Below, piece by piece: positions 58,818 to 64,000 of a stretch of DNA of 64,000 bases; position 1 is the first letter of the stretch, and each line of letters starts with the position of its first letter. Where the stretch lies: positions 2,408-66,407 of the forward strand of contig JBBREY010000001.1 in assembly GCA_038225275.1 (NCBI GenBank). The letters are read 5' to 3'. Source of the DNA: Chitinophagales bacterium (lineage in GTDB: Bacteria > Bacteroidota > Bacteroidia > Chitinophagales > Chitinophagaceae). The notes under the pieces were generated by a model that saw only the letters and a list, made by a program, of their open reading frames with translations, had not been told where the DNA came from and searched no databases. A program made the position numbers and the translations under genes.

Positions 58818-58842
58818 GCTGCACTTGTGCAGCTTTTTTTTT
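58818..58842 (+). terminator. Terminator after tRNA-Arg
   Basis: gctgcac-tt-gtgcagc followed by T8. Confidence 0.7.
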
Positions 58843-58863
58843 GCTTATGTAATTTCGTTTTAT

Positions 58864-59538
58864 ATGGATGTAAAAATTGACACTAGCTGGAAGGAAGTTT
58901 TAAAAGAAGAATTTACAAAACCTTATTTTGAACAAATAGTAAGCTTCTTAAAAACTGAAAAAGCCGCAGGAAAAATAATTTACCCTTTAGGTTCTAATAT
59001 TTTTAATGCTTTTAATAAGACTCCCTTTAATAAAGTAAAGGTTGTAATACTTGGCCAAGATCCTTACCATGGCAACGGGCAGGCACATGGCTTAAGTTTT
59101 TCTGTACTTCCGGGAGTAAAAATACCTCCATCACTTCAAAATATATTTAAAGAAATTAAGTCAGATATTGGCACAGAAAATATCTCCAACGCCGGAGATT
59201 TGACCCATTGGGCAGAGCAAGGTGTTTTGTTGCTTAATGCAGCGCTTACCGTAAGGGACGGAGAACCAATGAGCCATGCAAAATTTGGATGGGCTCAATT
59301 TACTGATGCTGTAATAAAAACAATTTCTGACAAAAAAGAAAATGTAGTGTTTTTACTTTGGGGCAAGTTTGCGCAGGATAAGCAGGTTTTAATCAACACC
59401 GACTGTCACTATGTTCTAAAAGCTGCGCACCCTTCTCCCCTATCTGCACACAATGGATTTTTTGGCTGCAAACATTTTTCAAAGACAAACGACATTTTGA
59501 TAAAACATGGAGAAAATCCTATAAATTGGAAACTATAA
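58864..59538 (+). CDS. ung: Uracil-DNA glycosylase family 1
   Basis: GQDPYH, AHGLSFS, PPSL.NI, GVLLLN, HPSPLS; start MDVKID. Confidence 0.96.
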   Translation: MDVKIDTSWKEVLKEEFTKPYFEQIVSFLKTEKAAGKIIYPLGSNIFNAFNKTPFNKVKVVILGQDPYHGNGQAHGLSFSVLPGVKIPPSLQNIFKEIKSDIGTENISNAGDLTHWAEQGVLLLNAALTVRDGEPMSHAKFGWAQFTDAVIKTISDKKENVVFLLWGKFAQDKQVLINTDCHYVLKAAHPSPLSAHNGFFGCKHFSKTNDILIKHGENPINWKL

Positions 59539-59541
59539 TTT

Positions 59542-60279
59542 ATGACTTTACTTAAAAATATTTTTGCGAGAATATGGGCTTTATGGGCGTTGGTGAGTTT
59601 TGTGGTTACGTTCATTATTATTTTTATTCCGTCTATGCTTTCCTACTTGTACAAAGATGAAGTTAAAGGTCAGAACTATTTTATATGGGTATCTCGGGTG
59701 TGGATGCAAAGCTGGCTTTACATGATTCTTTGCCCCGTAAAAGTTGTCGGTAGAAAACAATTTGAGAAAGGCAAAACGTATGTAATTGTTTATAACCACA
59801 ACGCCTTTCTAGATGTACCTTTATCCGCCCCATTTGTACCGGGAGGTAACAAAACAATTGCAAAAGCTTCCTTCGGTAAATTCCCCATATTTGGATGGTT
59901 TTATAAGAGAGGAGGAATAATGGTAGACAGAGACAAAGAAAACAGTCGGGTAAAAAGTTATGAGGAGATGAGGGCTACGTTGAAGAAAGGAATACATATG
60001 TGTATTTACCCTGAGGGAACACGTAACAGAACAGGCAAACCTCTTAAACCCTTCTACGACGGTGCTTTCAAGCTTGCGATAGATGCAAAAAAAGAAATTA
60101 TTCCGTGCGTAATTATCGGGACAAATAAAGCGATGCCTGTAAAAAAATCATTCTACCTTTTTCCCAGACCGTTGAAAATGATTTTTCTTGAACCTATTTC
60201 TTCAGAAAATATTGACACAAAAAGTTTAAACAAAAAAGTGTTCGATATTATGGAGGCAGAATTTGTTAGAAATCAGTAA
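59542..60279 (+). CDS. Lysophospholipid acyltransferase (PlsC-like)
   Basis: NHNAFLD (HX4D), YPEGTR, GAF. Confidence 0.88.
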   Translation: MTLLKNIFARIWALWALVSFVVTFIIIFIPSMLSYLYKDEVKGQNYFIWVSRVWMQSWLYMILCPVKVVGRKQFEKGKTYVIVYNHNAFLDVPLSAPFVPGGNKTIAKASFGKFPIFGWFYKRGGIMVDRDKENSRVKSYEEMRATLKKGIHMCIYPEGTRNRTGKPLKPFYDGAFKLAIDAKKEIIPCVIIGTNKAMPVKKSFYLFPRPLKMIFLEPISSENIDTKSLNKKVFDIMEAEFVRNQ

Positions 60280-62995
60280 ACGATCTTGTACGGTTTATTT
60301 TCAAATCCCTTAAAATAGGAGATTTAGGACTAATGTTGATGCTGAAATACCTCGACCTTCCAATAGGAGATAAATTTATACCCATTTGCCAGCAATGTAA
60401 ATCTCTGGAAAGGTATGCGCTCAACAAACCAAGTTTTCTTGTTGTTACATCAAAAGAGCCATTCATGCCTACTTTCCATTTCGGAGTTAGGTTGGCAGAT
60501 GTATTAAAAGTAAGGCCTTGAGAAAGTTGGCTTTTAAATTTTGCCTGTGTAATGTCAAACAGTTTGCTTACAAGAAGTGAATAAGATAAATCAACATTCC
60601 ACGGGATTGTAAAATCTACAAATTCAGATGGGTTATTTTGTATGTAGGCAGCTTCTTGTTGGTATTCATCCAGCGGTTGCCCATTAGGGTTGGTATTTCT
60701 GCCATCGGGTGGAATCGGAGATTTCTTAGATTTGTCTCCCCCCTTAAAACTCGTTTGTAATTGCACCCCTGCGCTTAATAAATTTCCGAGAGAGAGCTTA
60801 TCGTTCCATACAAGTTTATCAATTCTTCTGCCCTGTGCATTCGTTTTATAGGGATCGAAAGTAGCTGATCCACTGATGTTTACTTTTTCAAATAAGTTAG
60901 TTCTCGCCTGCAATGAAATTGTTGAAAATTTAAATGAATCAGCCAGAAAATTATATGCCCCACCTATGCTAAAACCATCAAGTAAACTGATTTTTTTATC
61001 TGCCTTTGCACTGGTATCTTTTTTATCTCTAATTTTTGCCGTTATATTATTGTCGATATTATAAGAGAGGCCACCAAACCTTTGGTTACTATATGCTCCA
61101 TATATACTTCCATCGAAATAGGAAATGGGTCGAACATTTCCAAGAATATCATAGCTTGAATTATAAAAATTATTTGCATTGAAATTTGGAGAATAGTTTA
61201 ATGATAAACTTGGCCTTATTTCGTGCCTGATAGCTTTAATTTTGCCGCCTTCTTTAAAAGCGAACATTCCAAAAAGCCTGGTGGAAGCACTTAAACCAAA
61301 AGACATTTGCCTTGCAGTGTAGAGACCTTGGGTTTCTGAAATAGTATCGACTTTATTTTTTAAGGGATTAAACTGCTTTTCAATTCTTTTCTGATACCAC
61401 TTTTCCTGATAAGATACGGATGGCGATAGCTGCAAAACTCCTAAAGATGGAAGCGCAAGCGTTATTGGTATGCTGTGTTGTGCTCCATATTGCAGATTAT
61501 TAGAAATCTGCCTACCTAAGTTGCCTGCAGTATCATAAAACGACGTAAGACTTTTTGCGTTTCCATTATAAGCTATGCCTAGGTTTTCATACCATTTATA
61601 TTCTCCAATTGGCTCCTTTCTTCTAAATGGATACAATGTGTTTACATTAAAAGCAATATCAGGTAAATTTAAGTTGGTAAGTCCCGATACTGAGTTTTGG
61701 TTGTGGTTAGCACTAATTGAAATATTGTAGGGTTTGTTCTTCCAAACTTTAGAATAAGTGATGGATGAATTTAATTGGTTTTGGAAATTTAAATTAGCGT
61801 TTGTAGGAACCTGCGAGTTGTATTTCGTACTACCTGCATTTACGTTTGCACTAAAGTTTACGCCGGGGCGAGATTTTGTATCAGCGCTATGGGTCCATTG
61901 AAAATTTACTGTCCGGGTTTTTGGCTGGTCAAGCGGATGAAAGCTTTGAACAGCTAAAGCTATATTTCCTTGGTAATGGTATCGCCTAAAATAACGTGGG
62001 TTTAAGTTTAAGTTCCAGCTGCCATAAGAGTAAAGTGTGCCTCTTGTAATTAAATCCCAATTAGGACTTATAATTTTATAGTAACCTAAATTTTCCAGTG
62101 CAAGGCCACGTTGCGCATCAGCAGCAAAGCTCGGCGCAAGGAGCCCACTGTGCCGTCCCTGTGTGAGGGGAAAAATACCAAAGGGTAAACTTATAGGTAA
62201 TGGCACGCCCTCAAATTCAGGATGTACAGGTCCGGTATAAGCCCATTTTTTATTTACAAACTTTATTTTTCGGGCAACAAATGCAAAGTGTGGTGTATCT
62301 AAATTACATGTAGTAAACCGTCCATTTAGTGCATAAAAAACTGAAGTATCTGCTTTCTTAATTTTCTCTCCATATACAAACATTTCTCCTTGCTTTGTAT
62401 AAGTACCTTTTGTAAGTCCTTTTCCGGTTTTCATGTCAAAACGAATGGTGTCACTTACTGACTGAAAATCTTTTTGAGAAAAATATGGATAAGATAAAAC
62501 TTTGCCAAGGCTGTCCTTTTTTATAAACGCACTCACCAGACTGGTTTTTTGATCGAATTGTATTTGTGGTGCTGACAAATTATTATCCTCATACTTTACA
62601 GAAGAAATTTTACCATACAAATACATTTTTTGCGCAGGCACATCTATCACCATCGAGTCATCTGCATGGTAAACCACCGGCGACGAAAGTGAATCTTTGG
62701 AAGTTCTAAAACTAAAGGTGTCTACACCAAGGGTAAGAAGTGTATCAGATTTTTTTTTCTTTTCTTCACCCATTGAAGGGGTGCGGACCGTATCAGATTT
62801 TTTCTTTATAAATGTAGCAACACTATCAATGCTTTTTTTTACAGGTGGAGGCGTATCCCTTATTGTTTGTAAAAAATTATAGGAATAAGATTTGTCTCCT
62901 CCAAACCCTTTAAAATGATACGTTAATAAAATCAACAATGGCAGGCACCACCAACCTAAAATGTTTTTTGCCTTACCTTTGTTTGTGTTACTCAT
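60266..62995 (-). CDS. lptD: LPS-assembly protein LptD-like outer-membrane protein
   Basis: Beta-jellyroll N-region, FTTCNLDTPHF, long beta-barrel, RDLHCW; divergent from the amidase. Confidence 0.8.
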   Translation of the reverse strand: MSNTNKGKAKNILGWWCLPLLILLTYHFKGFGGDKSYSYNFLQTIRDTPPPVKKSIDSVATFIKKKSDTVRTPSMGEEKKKKSDTLLTLGVDTFSFRTSKDSLSSPVVYHADDSMVIDVPAQKMYLYGKISSVKYEDNNLSAPQIQFDQKTSLVSAFIKKDSLGKVLSYPYFSQKDFQSVSDTIRFDMKTGKGLTKGTYTKQGEMFVYGEKIKKADTSVFYALNGRFTTCNLDTPHFAFVARKIKFVNKKWAYTGPVHPEFEGVPLPISLPFGIFPLTQGRHSGLLAPSFAADAQRGLALENLGYYKIISPNWDLITRGTLYSYGSWNLNLNPRYFRRYHYQGNIALAVQSFHPLDQPKTRTVNFQWTHSADTKSRPGVNFSANVNAGSTKYNSQVPTNANLNFQNQLNSSITYSKVWKNKPYNISISANHNQNSVSGLTNLNLPDIAFNVNTLYPFRRKEPIGEYKWYENLGIAYNGNAKSLTSFYDTAGNLGRQISNNLQYGAQHSIPITLALPSLGVLQLSPSVSYQEKWYQKRIEKQFNPLKNKVDTISETQGLYTARQMSFGLSASTRLFGMFAFKEGGKIKAIRHEIRPSLSLNYSPNFNANNFYNSSYDILGNVRPISYFDGSIYGAYSNQRFGGLSYNIDNNITAKIRDKKDTSAKADKKISLLDGFSIGGAYNFLADSFKFSTISLQARTNLFEKVNISGSATFDPYKTNAQGRRIDKLVWNDKLSLGNLLSAGVQLQTSFKGGDKSKKSPIPPDGRNTNPNGQPLDEYQQEAAYIQNNPSEFVDFTIPWNVDLSYSLLVSKLFDITQAKFKSQLSQGLTFNTSANLTPKWKVGMNGSFDVTTRKLGLLSAYLSRDLHCWQMGINLSPIGRSRYFSINISPKSPILRDLKINRTRSFTDF

Positions 62996-63084
62996 AAATG
63001 CGAATTCGCAAAAATAGCTATTAAAATTTTACCTATAATTCTTTAAAAGAATTATAACATATATTGTATAACCCAATTACCACT

Positions 63085-64000
63085 ATGCTTAAAAGAGGAT
63101 TGTATATTTTTATTTGCCTTATTTGTATAGGCTCATTTACAAACGAATGCGCTGCACAGGCAAAAAAACTGAGAACCATTGTTGTAGATGCAGGCCATGG
63201 AGGAACAGATGCGGGAGCAATAGGGCAGTATGAAAATTCTCTCAGATCTATGGAGAAGAATGTAACACTTGCCATTTCTAAAAAATTAGTGGAAGAGTTA
63301 GAAAAACAATTGCCTGAGGTAAAAGTTGTTGCTACAAGAACGACAGATATATTTGATAATCCTCGGGTAAAAGCCAGTATTGCAAATGATGCGAAGGGTG
63401 ATTTGTTTATTTGTATACATGCAGATTCGGGGCCATTAAAAACAGGAAGAAGGCAGATTGGAATGAAGACTGTAACAAAATACAAAATAACTTACACAGG
63501 TAAGGGAAGGAAAAAAAAGAAGAAATCAACACCATACGAAGTTGATGAGCCAATATATGAATATTTCAAACAGCCTTTAGCCATTAACGGCACGAGTGTT
63601 TACATATTTGCTGCTGCTAAAACCAGTGATAAATTAAAAGCCATTATGAAAGGCCAGGAGGAAATAGAATTTGAAACAGGTGCCGCTGACAGTTCTTTCA
63701 ATAATTTTAATTTTAATTCACCGGAAGGACGGCAACTTGCGCAAGTGTATGCAAAGCTTTATCAGGAAAAGAGTGATAGAATGGCTACGCTTGTTAATGA
63801 TGAAATTGACGCTACCGGTAGGCGTGCACTAGGCGTAAACCAACGGCAAAAAGGCATATGGGTATTATCAGCCACAAAAATGCCCGCTATTTTAATTGAA
63901 ACCGGCTATATAAATAATCCTGAAGATGAACGATATTTGAACAGTGATAAAGGGCAGCAGGAATTAGCCGAGGCAATTACCAAAGCAGTTGTGAGGTACA
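63085..64000 (+). CDS. N-acetylmuramoyl-L-alanine amidase (Amidase_3), 3' end outside the window
   Basis: Not in the ORF track (no stop in window). MLKRGLYIF... IVVDAGHGGTD, EKNVTL, FICIHAD, MPAILIETGYINN. Confidence 0.92.
   Translation, partial: MLKRGLYIFICLICIGSFTNECAAQAKKLRTIVVDAGHGGTDAGAIGQYENSLRSMEKNVTLAISKKLVEELEKQLPEVKVVATRTTDIFDNPRVKASIANDAKGDLFICIHADSGPLKTGRRQIGMKTVTKYKITYTGKGRKKKKKSTPYEVDEPIYEYFKQPLAINGTSVYIFAAAKTSDKLKAIMKGQEEIEFETGAADSSFNNFNFNSPEGRQLAQVYAKLYQEKSDRMATLVNDEIDATGRRALGVNQRQKGIWVLSATKMPAILIETGYINNPEDERYLNSDKGQQELAEAITKAVVRY

Noticed and set aside
60266-60279. 14-nt convergent overlap of the plsC-like gene and lptD (and abutting stops at 33204-33209)
   Set aside because: Short tail-to-tail overlaps are ordinary genome compaction.

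Overview
AT-rich Bacteroidota chromosomal segment. T9SS cargo and PorP/SprF genes, TAnnTTTG promoters and futalosine-type mqnE suggest a Chitinophagaceae-like organism (inference). Most of it is housekeeping and envelope genes: ALDH (partial); S8, S41, S33, M4, M1 and C40 peptidases; membrane pyrophosphatase; BlaI/BlaR1; pyrE, coaD, pyrB, pyrR, pruA; prfB with its programmed +1 frameshift; a complete GDP-heptose cassette (hddA-gmhA-hddC-gmhB); msrA, dnaE, trxA, mqnE, an OmpA-family gene, tRNA-Arg(TCT), ung, a PlsC-like gene, lptD and an amidase (partial). I saw no transposase, integrase, prophage, rRNA or CRISPR array. The best candidate for an undescribed system is 18641-23614. There a LuxR-type response regulator, a 97-aa orphan protein and a beta-propeller sensor kinase lie on the minus strand. 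Between them, on the plus strand, sits a signal-less, highly divergent clostripain (C11)-like cysteine protease that overlaps the kinase gene head-to-head by 9 nt. Other notable items: a membrane pyrophosphatase fused to an OmpA-like peptidoglycan-binding domain; a domain-inverted photolyase coupled to a TIGR03643-like protein; tandem BlaI operators; an M4 protease broken by apparent loss of one 7-nt tandem unit; and a Flavo-1-like RNA inside the heptose operon. All family calls come from motif recognition by eye; no database searches were run.
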